Source of the DNA: a virus | Lineage: Duplodnaviria; Caudoviricetes | IMG/VR virus record: IMGVR_UViG_3300017971_000342 | Coordinates: 1 to 53,873 of that record | Length of the DNA: 53,873 bases | Strand: one strand, 5' to 3' | Part shown: one piece after another, positions 27,321 to 36,610 of the stretch | Layout: each line of letters starts with the position of its first letter | How positions within the stretch are numbered: the stretch's first letter is position 1 | Notes under the pieces: generated by a model | Database searches by the model: none | What the model was told of the DNA's origin: nothing | What the model saw: only the letters and a program-made list of their open reading frames with translations | Made by a program: the position numbers and the translations under genes

Positions 27321-28121
27321 TTATACCGGCGTGTCGGCATTCGCATCACAGGCTCCTCTTCCGGCTTCTTGCTCCGTGTCAGAAGCGCCTTGCCTGCCAT
27401 AATCAAATCGCTCAGTTTCATCGTGTGCCTCCTTTAGAACAGATCTCAGTTTGTCCACCGCATCGCCGTGAATCTGCTGAACCCGACCCTTCGTCAGGCC
27501 GACGATCATGTGAATCTCGTGCATGGTTCTTGGTCCTCCCTCAACCCCGATGCCGTAGGAGAACCGGATAACAGCCATCTCAACTTCAGTGAGCTCGGCT
27601 CGGTTGGTGTCGAGGGCGTCGACAAGATCAACCACTTCGTCGTAGTCATACGACTCGGCCGACTCGGTTTCCTGGATGTAGTCTTCTTCGTCATCAACCC
27701 TACCTACTGTGTGCCGGCGCTGCTTCGCTATGAACCGGCAGAATATGTTGATCAGGGACCGGCACAGATACGTCGAGAATTTGAACCCACGTTCCGGGTC
27801 AAACTTATCGATGCACCGGAGTAGGCCAACGAGCCCTTCAGAAACCAGCTGCTCCTGCGTTATACCACCAGCCACATACTTCTGTGCAATGTGGACAACG
27901 CATGGAAGGTTGGCCGTCACCAACTGCTCCCGCACCATAGACAATTGTTGACGTGCGATTCCCAGTTGTGAGGATTCCTGAGGCGTTCGTCTACGCCTCT
28001 GGTTCTCCAGATTGTTCACGGTGTTGCGTGCAGCCACGAGCCTACGGAACAGGCCCTGTTCAGCTGACACGGTCAGACGCTTTGTGGCGCCGGATAGAAG
28101 CAGTTGGGTGTTACTCAGCAC
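27321..28121 (-). CDS. Phage-encoded sigma-70 family factor (regions 2 and 4)
   Basis: LVTANLPCVVHIAQKY, LVSEGLVGLLRCIDKFDPERGFKFSTY, LTEVEMAVIRFSYG...RTMHEI...GLTKGRVQQI...KLR; GTG 28121 after AAGGAGG. Confidence 0.9.
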   Translation of the reverse strand: MLSNTQLLLSGATKRLTVSAEQGLFRRLVAARNTVNNLENQRRRRTPQESSQLGIARQQLSMVREQLVTANLPCVVHIAQKYVAGGITQEQLVSEGLVGLLRCIDKFDPERGFKFSTYLCRSLINIFCRFIAKQRRHTVGRVDDEEDYIQETESAESYDYDEVVDLVDALDTNRAELTEVEMAVIRFSYGIGVEGGPRTMHEIHMIVGLTKGRVQQIHGDAVDKLRSVLKEAHDETERFDYGRQGASDTEQEAGRGACDANADTPV

Positions 28122-28878
28122 TGGGAGCCTCCTTGATGCGTTGTCTTGCGAGTTTGCAGTAGGTTGGAGAGCCGTCGATCCCAACGAAGTTGCGGCCGAG
28201 GGCCTTACACACCACCCCGAGAGACGCCGATCCACAGAAGGCGTCCAGGACCGTATCACCTTCGTTGGTCCAGCCCTGTACGATCCTCTCCAGCGGAGCC
28301 GGTCCTATCTGGGCATTATGCCAGTCGACTCTGGCCTTTGCGTTGCCCTGAAGACGGGAGACCGTCCACACATGCCCAGGGACGCGACCGTTGGGGTTGG
28401 CACGAGGGTCTCCCATTTGCTGGCGGACAGACTGCTCTCGGATGTCGTCGCCGTTGAAGACGCGTGGTTCGTCGCCGATTAGCATCGGGAAGAGAAGACG
28501 GTAGTCGCCGGTCAGCCGCGTCTGGCTGTACTGGGAGAAGCGCTCGTACCAGATGATGGGTCGATCGTACATGAGTCGACCGTATTTGGTGATCAGCGGC
28601 CAGACCCACTCGCCGTGCTCTGAAGGGCACAGCCACCATACCGAACCTCCCGGCTTGACCATCTTGGACAGCTTGAACAGCGTGGACTCAACAAGATACT
28701 GGTAGTCCGCCTCAGGCAGCTTATCCTTGGTCTGGTCGTCGGCATACTTGACGCCGTAGTTGTACGGAGGATCCGCGAAGACAAGGTCGATCGGATGGTT
28801 GATGTATGGCCAGATCGGTGCGTCCTTCTCAGGTTGGAAGGCAGAACTCCAGCGGTAGTTGATGACTTTCGACTTCAT
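28111..28878 (-). CDS. Orphan N4-cytosine/N6-adenine DNA methyltransferase (beta class)
   Basis: DLVFADPPY precedes GDTVLDAFCGSAS; no adjacent restriction endonuclease. Confidence 0.9.
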   Translation of the reverse strand: MKSKVINYRWSSAFQPEKDAPIWPYINHPIDLVFADPPYNYGVKYADDQTKDKLPEADYQYLVESTLFKLSKMVKPGGSVWWLCPSEHGEWVWPLITKYGRLMYDRPIIWYERFSQYSQTRLTGDYRLLFPMLIGDEPRVFNGDDIREQSVRQQMGDPRANPNGRVPGHVWTVSRLQGNAKARVDWHNAQIGPAPLERIVQGWTNEGDTVLDAFCGSASLGVVCKALGRNFVGIDGSPTYCKLARQRIKEAPSAE

Positions 28879-29282
28879 TCCTGTGCCTCCAACAGCAGGG
28901 CCAGACCTATGTCCAGATCGTTCTTCCATCCGATGCCTGTTATGTGGCTCACGATGCCGGCAACCTGCCGAACCTCAACCCCTTTGACGAGCTCTTTGAA
29001 CTGCGGCGACTTACCAATCCAGATGGTCCGGTCTCCGTTGGTGGCGTTGACTGCACCGTGCGGTCCGTATGGGTCGGCCTTTGGATCAAGGCCCATCATG
29101 CGGTTCAGCTCTGCCTCAGAGATGATCGCTTCGCTCGGCTTGTCGGCAACAGGTCCAGTCTCCGGAGTCATATGGACGCAACCGCCATTCGGCACCAAGG
29201 CATTCACGGTGCCACAGTTGGGACAGGTCTTTGTCGTTGAATCGACGACCGACGTTTGACAATACCGGCAGATCAACATCAT
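28875..29282 (-). CDS. Zinc-ribbon hypothetical protein
   Basis: CRYC...CPNC; ATGA overlaps. Confidence 0.6.
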   Translation of the reverse strand: MMLICRYCQTSVVDSTTKTCPNCGTVNALVPNGGCVHMTPETGPVADKPSEAIISEAELNRMMGLDPKADPYGPHGAVNATNGDRTIWIGKSPQFKELVKGVEVRQVAGIVSHITGIGWKNDLDIGLALLLEAQE

Positions 29283-29971
29283 TCCTCCTTCCCGTTCGGC
29301 CGCGCGGCAGCGAGCCGTACCAATTGCTCCTCCGTGAAGTCAATCACCTTGAATGGGGAGAACGGAACACCCTCTTTGCGGAGCTCGTCCATCAGGATCT
29401 TCCGTGCCGCCTGCCCCATCATGCAGCCTACGAACTCTATGAAGTGCCGAGCCCATCGTCGGTCGTGACCATGACCGTGCGGGAGTACCGCGTGGGCCAG
29501 CTCATGGAGTACGACGATCTCGCCACCCTTACCACCCTTTTGCCCCATGCCCCAGGAGGAGAGCGTGATGCGTCCGGTGGCGACTTCGTTGCGTCCCTCA
29601 GCGTAGGTCTGCGGCCCACCGCGAGAAACTCGAGTCCCCGGTTGGTACCGAACCACACAGTTCCGGAACAGAGGGAACCGGCGCTGGAACCAGGGCTTCT
29701 CTAGGAAGGTTCGCACATACTTGGCGACCTCTGTGATGTTGCCGAAGGTTCGCTGCTCCACCTTATTGGCGAATCGGTCCTCCGCCCTATAGCATCGCTG
29801 TCGGTAGGAGTCTCGCTGAGGCATTTGACCCTTCCGCCACCATCGGCGGGAGTCAGGAGCAAAGTAACGTTCTCGCGGCCTCGTCACATCAGGATGGATG
29901 TTCAGGCGCTTGCCGAGTCGCGGTTCAACCCTATGACCGCGAACTCCCTCTTTATACTGTAATAGGTCCAT
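29279..29971 (-). CDS. HExxH zincin (TIGR04338/SprT-like)
   Basis: QRDSYRQRCYRAED, VVLHELAHAV...GHDRRW; own promoter. Confidence 0.8.
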   Translation of the reverse strand: MDLLQYKEGVRGHRVEPRLGKRLNIHPDVTRPRERYFAPDSRRWWRKGQMPQRDSYRQRCYRAEDRFANKVEQRTFGNITEVAKYVRTFLEKPWFQRRFPLFRNCVVRYQPGTRVSRGGPQTYAEGRNEVATGRITLSSWGMGQKGGKGGEIVVLHELAHAVLPHGHGHDRRWARHFIEFVGCMMGQAARKILMDELRKEGVPFSPFKVIDFTEEQLVRLAAARPNGKEE

Positions 29972-29984
29972 AGCTCTTCTCCTT

Positions 29985-30023
29985 TCTACCTATAGCATAA
30001 ACTATTTCAGGAGCAAAGCAAAA
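29985..30023 (-). promoter_or_regulatory. Early-type promoter
   Basis: TTTTGC-18-TATGCT-ATAGGTAG. Confidence 0.65.
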
Positions 30024-30033
30024 TCTATTTTGA

Positions 30034-32394
30034 CTAGAACGGTATATTTTCATCGCCTCCTTCCGGTCCGCCTTCCTGCTCACACTCCGGCCACTCGTAC
30101 GGTCCGCCAAACTTCTTATCCCAGTGGTCCCGTGCCTCCTCAAGTGTTGGGAGTCGGTAGTAGTATGGCCGTTGGATTGTTTTGTCCTGGTAGACGACCG
30201 TCTCCCGCCCCTGCCACCGCACCGGAAACTCTCCTGGGCATGCACGAGACAGGAACTGGCCGAGTTTGGTGGCGGAGCCTCGCCTACTGGCGTTACTGAA
30301 CTGCTTGGTATAGTCCGTGTAGTCTGCGGTCAGCTCGTTGACTAGAACGTTCGGCTTCCAGCCGTCGTGCTCCAACAGCACCTTACCATCGAGGAGCTTT
30401 TGATACCACCACTCATCCGTAGTCTCGAAGCTGTGAATCTTCTGATCTCGCAGGGCCTGTGTCTGCGGGAGCTTCCGTACATCAAAACCGGACAGGTCGT
30501 AAGTCAGCAGCATATGGAGCAGCGCCTGGTATCCACCAGCATTCATAGCCTCCTTGATCTTCCGGAAGTAGACCCCGTCCTGCATATGCTTCTCACCAAC
30601 GTCGAGCACGCAGAATCGCCGTTCCTTGTAGCCTGCCGGCACAACCCAGTCCTCATTCGATGCCATGATCAGGTGAAGACAGTTCGCCGTCATCTCGGTG
30701 TCTACACCCTTCGGCTCTACCATGATGGAGTCTTCAGTGACCAGGGTCTTCAAGGTGGAGGCGTGGGTCTTGTCACCAGCGTAGAACGCTTCATCGCAGA
30801 AGAGTACGACACAGTCGCGGAGATGAGCGTTGAAGTTGCCGGTCAGGTGCTTGGCGTTGGACACCGCCAGGAAGTGACGGCCAAAGATCTTGCCGAACGT
30901 CCTTGCGAGGAAGCCCTTACCGACACCTTGATCACCACGTAGCACCAGCGCCGTGTGGCCAGGTGTAGCAGGGTGTTGTACTGCGGAGGCCATCCACCCT
31001 ACGACGTAGTCAAAGAGGGCCTCGTCGTTGCCGCAAACGTTCTCCCAAATGTGTTGAAGATAGAGTCCATGTTGGTTCCCCGGGATCGGCTCTACTGCAA
31101 ATCCCCGCCACATGTTGAAGGCGTCCGTCACCTCATGCTCAGGTGCAAACGTGACCCTCTTATACTGTCGACGGTTCTCATGTTCGAGCCACCACTTGCC
31201 CAGAGGGACGAAGCGGGGATTTCCCTGGGCATCTTGACCCTGCTGGACCCTACGATTCATGTGCATGTTGCGGAAGTCTTCGAAGGTCGATTTGCAGAGC
31301 CGGTGGCGTTCAAGGACTTCGTCCCATTCCTCAAACACCACGCGTGTCTTACCTCCGATTCGCACTACAGCGTAGGTCTCGTTCATCTCCCGCAGGAGTG
31401 GGTCTACCGCGTCCTCTCTGGCCCTTTCGATCTGCCGGATGGCATAGCTCTCGGCGTTACGGCCCATCTCTAATACGGAGGCACTTATGTTGAAGTCTGG
31501 GTCCGTTATGATACTGAAGATGGTCTCGTCGTCGACACCGCCACGAACCAACGCACAACAGACAAAGAACAATGCTTCGCTTCGTGAGGGGAACCGTTCG
31601 TGGTTGTCCGGGTCGTGGCCCTGTACGATAACCACCTTACACAGGTCGGTGACCTCCGCCGGCAAGTCGTTGACGTCATCGATTCTCTTGACGTTGCCAG
31701 AGATCTTTACCTTCTTCGTTGCACCGAAGCCAGACTGTTCCGCCTGGACGGCTGGCGCCGGAGTGAACTTGGACAGGGGATAGACCAGATCTTCCTCAAA
31801 GGAGATGAGGGTGGCGAGCTGAACTGTCCGGCCCTTCTTCCGCTTTCGAGCGTCAGGGCGATTCAGCGTCCCCGGGAGCCGCATGATGCGGTCTACGTTG
31901 TGGCAGTTGTCAGCACCGAACGCGAGCTCAAGCCCCTGGTTGTAGCGCTTCGCGTCCTCGTATAGGGCTTCCTCACCGTCTATCTTCTTCGGCTCCTCGA
32001 GCTTCCAGAAGCCCTGGTATCCGCCTCCCGAGAAGACTATCACGGTAGGCCGAGGCAAGCCGTTTGGAGGAGACTGGAGGATCCCCAGGGCCCTCGCCTG
32101 CTCCTTCTGTATATCCTCCCCGGCCCTCGGGTCTATGTCCACATGCAGCCAATCGAGGGCCTTCACATCCTCCCTCATCGGCTTCTTAGATACGTCGTAG
32201 CGAGTAGAGTTTACGGAGAAGTAGATGTTCCGTTCAGCACCGAAGGCCTGCAACCAGGCAAGCACGTCCTCCGCCTTGCGGAAGGTCTTCGTGTCGATAC
32301 TCTTCTTATCCAGGGAGATGGCGGTGAGAACCCACGGCCCTCCTGGGCACCACTTCTCCAGAAACTCCACAGACGCTTTATAGTTCGGTTGCAT
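30034..32394 (-). CDS. Primase-helicase (RepB-like primase plus SF3/DUF5906 helicase)
   Basis: LHVDID, FSGGGYQGFW, DRIMRLPGTLN; Walker A GDQGVGKG, LFCDEA, LIMASN. Confidence 0.92.
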   Translation of the reverse strand: MQPNYKASVEFLEKWCPGGPWVLTAISLDKKSIDTKTFRKAEDVLAWLQAFGAERNIYFSVNSTRYDVSKKPMREDVKALDWLHVDIDPRAGEDIQKEQARALGILQSPPNGLPRPTVIVFSGGGYQGFWKLEEPKKIDGEEALYEDAKRYNQGLELAFGADNCHNVDRIMRLPGTLNRPDARKRKKGRTVQLATLISFEEDLVYPLSKFTPAPAVQAEQSGFGATKKVKISGNVKRIDDVNDLPAEVTDLCKVVIVQGHDPDNHERFPSRSEALFFVCCALVRGGVDDETIFSIITDPDFNISASVLEMGRNAESYAIRQIERAREDAVDPLLREMNETYAVVRIGGKTRVVFEEWDEVLERHRLCKSTFEDFRNMHMNRRVQQGQDAQGNPRFVPLGKWWLEHENRRQYKRVTFAPEHEVTDAFNMWRGFAVEPIPGNQHGLYLQHIWENVCGNDEALFDYVVGWMASAVQHPATPGHTALVLRGDQGVGKGFLARTFGKIFGRHFLAVSNAKHLTGNFNAHLRDCVVLFCDEAFYAGDKTHASTLKTLVTEDSIMVEPKGVDTEMTANCLHLIMASNEDWVVPAGYKERRFCVLDVGEKHMQDGVYFRKIKEAMNAGGYQALLHMLLTYDLSGFDVRKLPQTQALRDQKIHSFETTDEWWYQKLLDGKVLLEHDGWKPNVLVNELTADYTDYTKQFSNASRRGSATKLGQFLSRACPGEFPVRWQGRETVVYQDKTIQRPYYYRLPTLEEARDHWDKKFGGPYEWPECEQEGGPEGGDENIPF

Positions 32395-32788
32395 TGAGCG
32401 CCTCAATAAGTCCGTTGGTGTCTAGTCCGTTCCTCCACCATATGGTGGCGTGGTGGTACAATTCGCTCCGGGTCGCTGTGCCCAGGTGCTCGGCCGCGAC
32501 GATCCCCTTGAAGAGGAGCCACTCGCGACCACACTGGAGCATGACCCATGTGTTGCCACCGCGCTTGCTGCGACGCTTGTGCCAAGCCCTTTGTTCTGGC
32601 GTCAAGGGATGGTCGAGAGTGACAGGCGTCTCAGGGCGCTTTGGCCAGGCACGGAGCCACTTCAGCTCCACCCAGCCCTCGATGAAGTTGACGTCGGGCG
32701 TCCCCGGTCCTACTGGATTTTCCACCGAGATGGCATCCAGGGACCGGAGAGCCCCGACGACCTTCTGTCTCATCCCTGATTCAGACAA
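32378..32788 (-). CDS. PD-(D/E)xK nuclease (VRR-NUC / resolvase-like)
   Basis: SVEN...PGTPDV...GWVELK...LTPEQRAWH. Confidence 0.82.
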   Translation of the reverse strand: MSESGMRQKVVGALRSLDAISVENPVGPGTPDVNFIEGWVELKWLRAWPKRPETPVTLDHPLTPEQRAWHKRRSKRGGNTWVMLQCGREWLLFKGIVAAEHLGTATRSELYHHATIWWRNGLDTNGLIEALNATEL

Positions 32789-33128
32789 GGGCGATCAACC
32801 CCAGGTTTGCGTCGTAGCGAAGGTCACGCATGGCCTCGCCGCGAGGGTGATCGATGTCGACACAGGCGTCGACGTACTCGGACGCAATCATGCCGTCTCG
32901 GTAGAGAACGAATCGCGGAGCCGCCTTGCCACGTTTGACGTAGTCCGGCTTCAGCAGGAAGATGACCCTCTCCCCGGTCTCGGCGAGCACGGTGCGGACT
33001 GTCGCCAGCGCGTCATCCTTCGAACGGAATTTGGACACCTTCTTGATGTCCTCGTACCGGTCAGCACAGGCATTGTTGACAGCCGCCAACTGTTGTAGCG
33101 ACAAGTCACTCAGGTTCTTCTTTGCCAT
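32781..33128 (-). CDS. Hypothetical protein, probable DNA-binding
   Basis: KRGKAAPRF.LYRDGM...EY...DLRYD...GLI; GAGGAG RBS. Confidence 0.6.
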   Translation of the reverse strand: MAKKNLSDLSLQQLAAVNNACADRYEDIKKVSKFRSKDDALATVRTVLAETGERVIFLLKPDYVKRGKAAPRFVLYRDGMIASEYVDACVDIDHPRGEAMRDLRYDANLGLIALV

Positions 33129-33603
33129 TTTGATACAGCTCCTCATTAGAGTACTCAGTTAATGGCACCCCAGCCTCCTCAAAGAGACTTCGGGACAATT
33201 CACAGGACGCTCCCCAACGAGAGAAGAAGTCCTTACTCGGTTCAATGCAAACGACGCTCCCTATACCGGCATCAAGTATTATACCGGTGCAGCGAGCACA
33301 CGGTAGATGCGTGATGTAGAGAGTCATGAAGGGCATCTCCTGAGCCCCAAACTTCCCAAGCGCCTGAAGAACTACGTTCGGCTCCGCATGGATGACGATC
33401 TCGTTCTTCAAGGGTCGATCATCAAGTCGATGATCATGTGTGATGCCGGTCGGGAACCGATTGGTGCCCCAGACAAGGGCGATACCAGCGTCATTTGCCA
33501 GCACCGCCCCAACCTTAGTGGTCGGGTCCGGAGACTTCGTGGACACGCCAAGAGCCAACCGGAGCAGCCGGATGTCTCGCTCCTTTATCTGTGCAGGTTC
33601 CAC
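33106..33603 (-). CDS. dCMP deaminase
   Basis: SPDPTTKVGAV, IHAEPN, THLPCARC. Confidence 0.93.
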   Translation of the reverse strand: MEPAQIKERDIRLLRLALGVSTKSPDPTTKVGAVLANDAGIALVWGTNRFPTGITHDHRLDDRPLKNEIVIHAEPNVVLQALGKFGAQEMPFMTLYITHLPCARCTGIILDAGIGSVVCIEPSKDFFSRWGASCELSRSLFEEAGVPLTEYSNEELYQNGKEEPE

Positions 33604-33968
33604 CGTACGATCTCCCGTTTCTTAGTCATGATGGCCAACGCGATAGCCTTGACCGTGAGAGCCCTGTCCTTACAAGTGATGTGAGGACTCCAATTCCGTG
33701 CCGATAGGGACTCAACCCACACCGGCAATTCGATGTTGGTGGGCCGCAGCACCCCCACGGTATGTCGCGGTCCGAACCAGTCCTCAACGTCGAGCTTCAT
33801 CTTGAACTGCCGTAGGTCAAACCCCGACAGCAGATCGTCAACGTTGACAATGAGTTGGCCGAGCTTTCTCGGCGTCAGGTTCGGATAGTAGTGCACCGTC
33901 ATGTGCACATCGGGACGCCGTTCGAACAGCAGCGCCGTGTAGTAGTTGTAGTTGACCACGCCTTTCAT
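33585..33968 (-). CDS. 2H phosphoesterase
   Basis: Two HxT motifs (DVHMTVHY, WSPHITC) about 75 aa apart, with V.DWFG between them. Confidence 0.72.
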   Translation of the reverse strand: MKGVVNYNYYTALLFERRPDVHMTVHYYPNLTPRKLGQLIVNVDDLLSGFDLRQFKMKLDVEDWFGPRHTVGVLRPTNIELPVWVESLSARNWSPHITCKDRALTVKAIALAIMTKKREIVRWNLHR

Positions 33969-34471
33969 CCCCTACTCCCATCGATAACACCGATACCGTC
34001 GACCTCCCACTCCTGAAGAGGCTGGTATATCCGTTGTTGGTGCTCTATTATAGACCAAGGGAAATCAGCCCGAGCAGCCCTGGCCCTCCACTCCTCTATA
34101 GGTGGATTCTCGAACGTGACCCAGGTCAACTCCGCGAGCCCTCCCTGGGCAATTTGCATCCACCTGAACCTATCCACCTCAGTAAGGTTCGTCTCCTCAA
34201 TGATGACGTTCTGACCACGATGAAGAAGGGCATCAACTGCGATCTGTAGGATGGAACCTACTCTCGGCTCAACATCGGCGTTGTACCGATCCACGTTGAG
34301 AGCTCGGCGGATGTCGTCACCGCCCAGGATGGTGGCGTCCAGCATCTTCCTGTGGTTATTGGCCCAGGAGGTCTTGCCGCACCGGGAACAGCCTACCGTC
34401 ACATGGACGGTAGGCTTCCGGTTTCCAGGGAGGCGATCTCTTGTCTTGAAGGGCTCATGCATTAGGGTCAA
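33965..34471 (-). CDS. P-loop kinase (AAA_33 / polynucleotide-kinase-like)
   Basis: VTVGCSRCGKT, GGDDIRRAL, NVIIEETNL...R. Confidence 0.85.
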   Translation of the reverse strand: MTLMHEPFKTRDRLPGNRKPTVHVTVGCSRCGKTSWANNHRKMLDATILGGDDIRRALNVDRYNADVEPRVGSILQIAVDALLHRGQNVIIEETNLTEVDRFRWMQIAQGGLAELTWVTFENPPIEEWRARAARADFPWSIIEHQQRIYQPLQEWEVDGIGVIDGSRG

Positions 34472-34880
34472 AGTCCCGGCGCTGGATCTTCATGAACTGT
34501 TCGATACGGGCGATACGGGCGACGGCCTGTTCGATCTCCGCCTTACTCACTGACGTAGGTGGTACGGCTGGAGTCTGAACCTTCCGGACGTGGCCGTCGG
34601 CCTCAGCGCCGAGCCACCTTTCGATCGCCATTGAGATTTGCACCCCGAAGACAGAGCCGATCATTGTGCCCGCACAGTACCAGGGAAAGAGGAATAGGCT
34701 CATGTCTGCTTTGACCAGGCTCCTGAAGGTGAGGAACCAGATCGAGTTGGAGAAGAAGGCCGCGATCAGGTGGAACCGCATGTTGTTACGGTTTCGCGAC
34801 CGGCTCACGATGCTGAACGAGATGTTCTGAATGAACGCCAGGATCAGCAGGGTCAGACTTGCTACGATGTACTCTGTCAT
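34455..34880 (-). CDS. Three-TM membrane protein
   Basis: Three hydrophobic segments; Y.AG..IG...G pattern recalls DUF5698-like proteins. Confidence 0.65.
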   Translation of the reverse strand: MTEYIVASLTLLILAFIQNISFSIVSRSRNRNNMRFHLIAAFFSNSIWFLTFRSLVKADMSLFLFPWYCAGTMIGSVFGVQISMAIERWLGAEADGHVRKVQTPAVPPTSVSKAEIEQAVARIARIEQFMKIQRRDFDPNA

Positions 34881-35274
34881 GATATTCGCTCCCGTTTCTT
34901 GTCAAAGAGGTCTTGCAGGTCGGGATACTGAGAAACGATCTCTTCCTCAAACGGGCAAGTGGCACAACATCGCACCCTGTTGCTCCTGAGGTTCCGCCGG
35001 CAAAGCCTCACATGTGTCTCGAGTTTCTTCAAGTCCATAAAGCACCGCCTTGTGTAGAAGAAGCACAGGCATTCCCAGTAGATGCGGACAAACGTATACC
35101 ACATCACGATGCCGCACAGACCTGTTAGGAGTTCGCTCACCAGTAGATCATCGCATTGACTACGGCCAACAGCGCCGCGATAACTCCGGTCCTATACCGT
35201 CCGTGGCTCAGGTCCCATAGAGACAAGGCCACGAACGGCAACGCTATCGAGATGACGAGCAGTTTACGAGTCAA
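34877..35274 (-). other. Two small membrane-associated genes (34877..35140; 35137..35274, 45 aa, not in the track)
   Basis: Hand translation MTRKLLVISIALPFVALSLWDLSHGRYRTGVIAALLAVVNAMIYW; GTGA overlap. Confidence 0.5.
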
Positions 35275-36610
35275 CTTTCACCCTCGTGGTGAACTGGCAG
35301 GCCAGGCCGTCCTCCTTGGTCCAGATGAAAGAGGCACTGGCACGGTTCTTGTCGAGGAAGCCCATCTCATGGTGCCACTTGTCCGAGGCACAGAGGGACG
35401 GGAGCATGCGGATCACGGTATGGCTCCCGGCTGTGTCCGCCTGCATGTACTCTAACTCCATCACCTTGTGGAGATGGCCGGTGTGGATTTCGTGGTGCCG
35501 CGCTGCTGCCCACTCCTTCGGGAAGAGCTCGGCGAAGACGCCACGCTGTTTCTCCCAGAGGGACCGACCCATTGGATGGGAGAAGCCAATACAGCTATTG
35601 CCCCACGGATACACCTTGCGGGAGCGTGGGGAATAGTCAACGGTCACACCCTTGCGATACTGCCCGTCCACGCTCATGTAGTGAGCAGCCAGGGCCCTCG
35701 CCAGATAGTAGGAGGTTTCCGGGTCATGGTTGCCGGGAACCCAGATAACATCCACCGGCGCTATCTGACGGAGCCGTTCGATGCCCTGGAACAGGGACCA
35801 GTATCCTGTCTCGAACACCTTGATCAACCGGCCTTCCATATCCAACCGGTGCTTCGCTGCCGGCGTCGCATAGGACGGGTCGTTGCAGTGGAACCAGTCC
35901 TGGCCGAAGGGCACGAGGATACGCTCGATCTCGAACATCGACGCCTTTCGGATGACGTCCTGGCACGCAAGGTCAAAGAACTGCTCTGAGATCTTCAGGT
36001 CCCAGTTGGCCTCTACCTCAGGTGCCCATGCCAGCAGGCCGTGGTGATGGTCATACGGGCACCACTCCAGGAGGACACCCTCCTTCTTCCGTTTGTAGGA
36101 TACCTTGGGAACCGTGATCTTGCTCGTACGCAGCCGTTCGATGGCTCCCATCGTAGCCTGCTCCCACGGCTTCCGGCGCTTGAGCTGCACAGAGACGTGG
36201 ACGTTTGTGTACGTCACCGGCTTGTGGGTTGATAGCCTACCGGCGACGTTCTTCAGTTTCATCGTTACTTCCGACGAGGAGACGCGACATCGGTCAGCCA
36301 TCCAGACATCCGGATCAACATCGCACGCCTTGAGTAGCTCCCGGGGATTCTTGATGTTCAGCCATCTCGGCTGGTTCCCCTTCTCCTGAACAGAATCGAT
36401 CTTTAGCGTCCCGCCGTTCTGACCGAGCTCCGACACAATGTCGGTCCGCACCTTCTGGGCATTCTGGAGTCCGTACTCAATCTTGACCTTACCAACCGAG
36501 CCAGTCGCAACGCCATGCTTCTCGGCGATCTCTCGCTGGGTCATACTACCGAGGAGAATGTCCTCAGCGATTGCGTCCTTCTTTTCTCCTGGTATCTCAC
36601 GCTGTCCCAT
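35264..36610 (-). CDS. HTH plus calcineurin-like metallophosphoesterase
   Basis: MTQREIAEKHGV HTH; DHHHG, GQDWFH, GNHD, FSH, TGHLH. Confidence 0.85.
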   Translation of the reverse strand: MGQREIPGEKKDAIAEDILLGSMTQREIAEKHGVATGSVGKVKIEYGLQNAQKVRTDIVSELGQNGGTLKIDSVQEKGNQPRWLNIKNPRELLKACDVDPDVWMADRCRVSSSEVTMKLKNVAGRLSTHKPVTYTNVHVSVQLKRRKPWEQATMGAIERLRTSKITVPKVSYKRKKEGVLLEWCPYDHHHGLLAWAPEVEANWDLKISEQFFDLACQDVIRKASMFEIERILVPFGQDWFHCNDPSYATPAAKHRLDMEGRLIKVFETGYWSLFQGIERLRQIAPVDVIWVPGNHDPETSYYLARALAAHYMSVDGQYRKGVTVDYSPRSRKVYPWGNSCIGFSHPMGRSLWEKQRGVFAELFPKEWAAARHHEIHTGHLHKVMELEYMQADTAGSHTVIRMLPSLCASDKWHHEMGFLDKNRASASFIWTKEDGLACQFTTRVKVDS

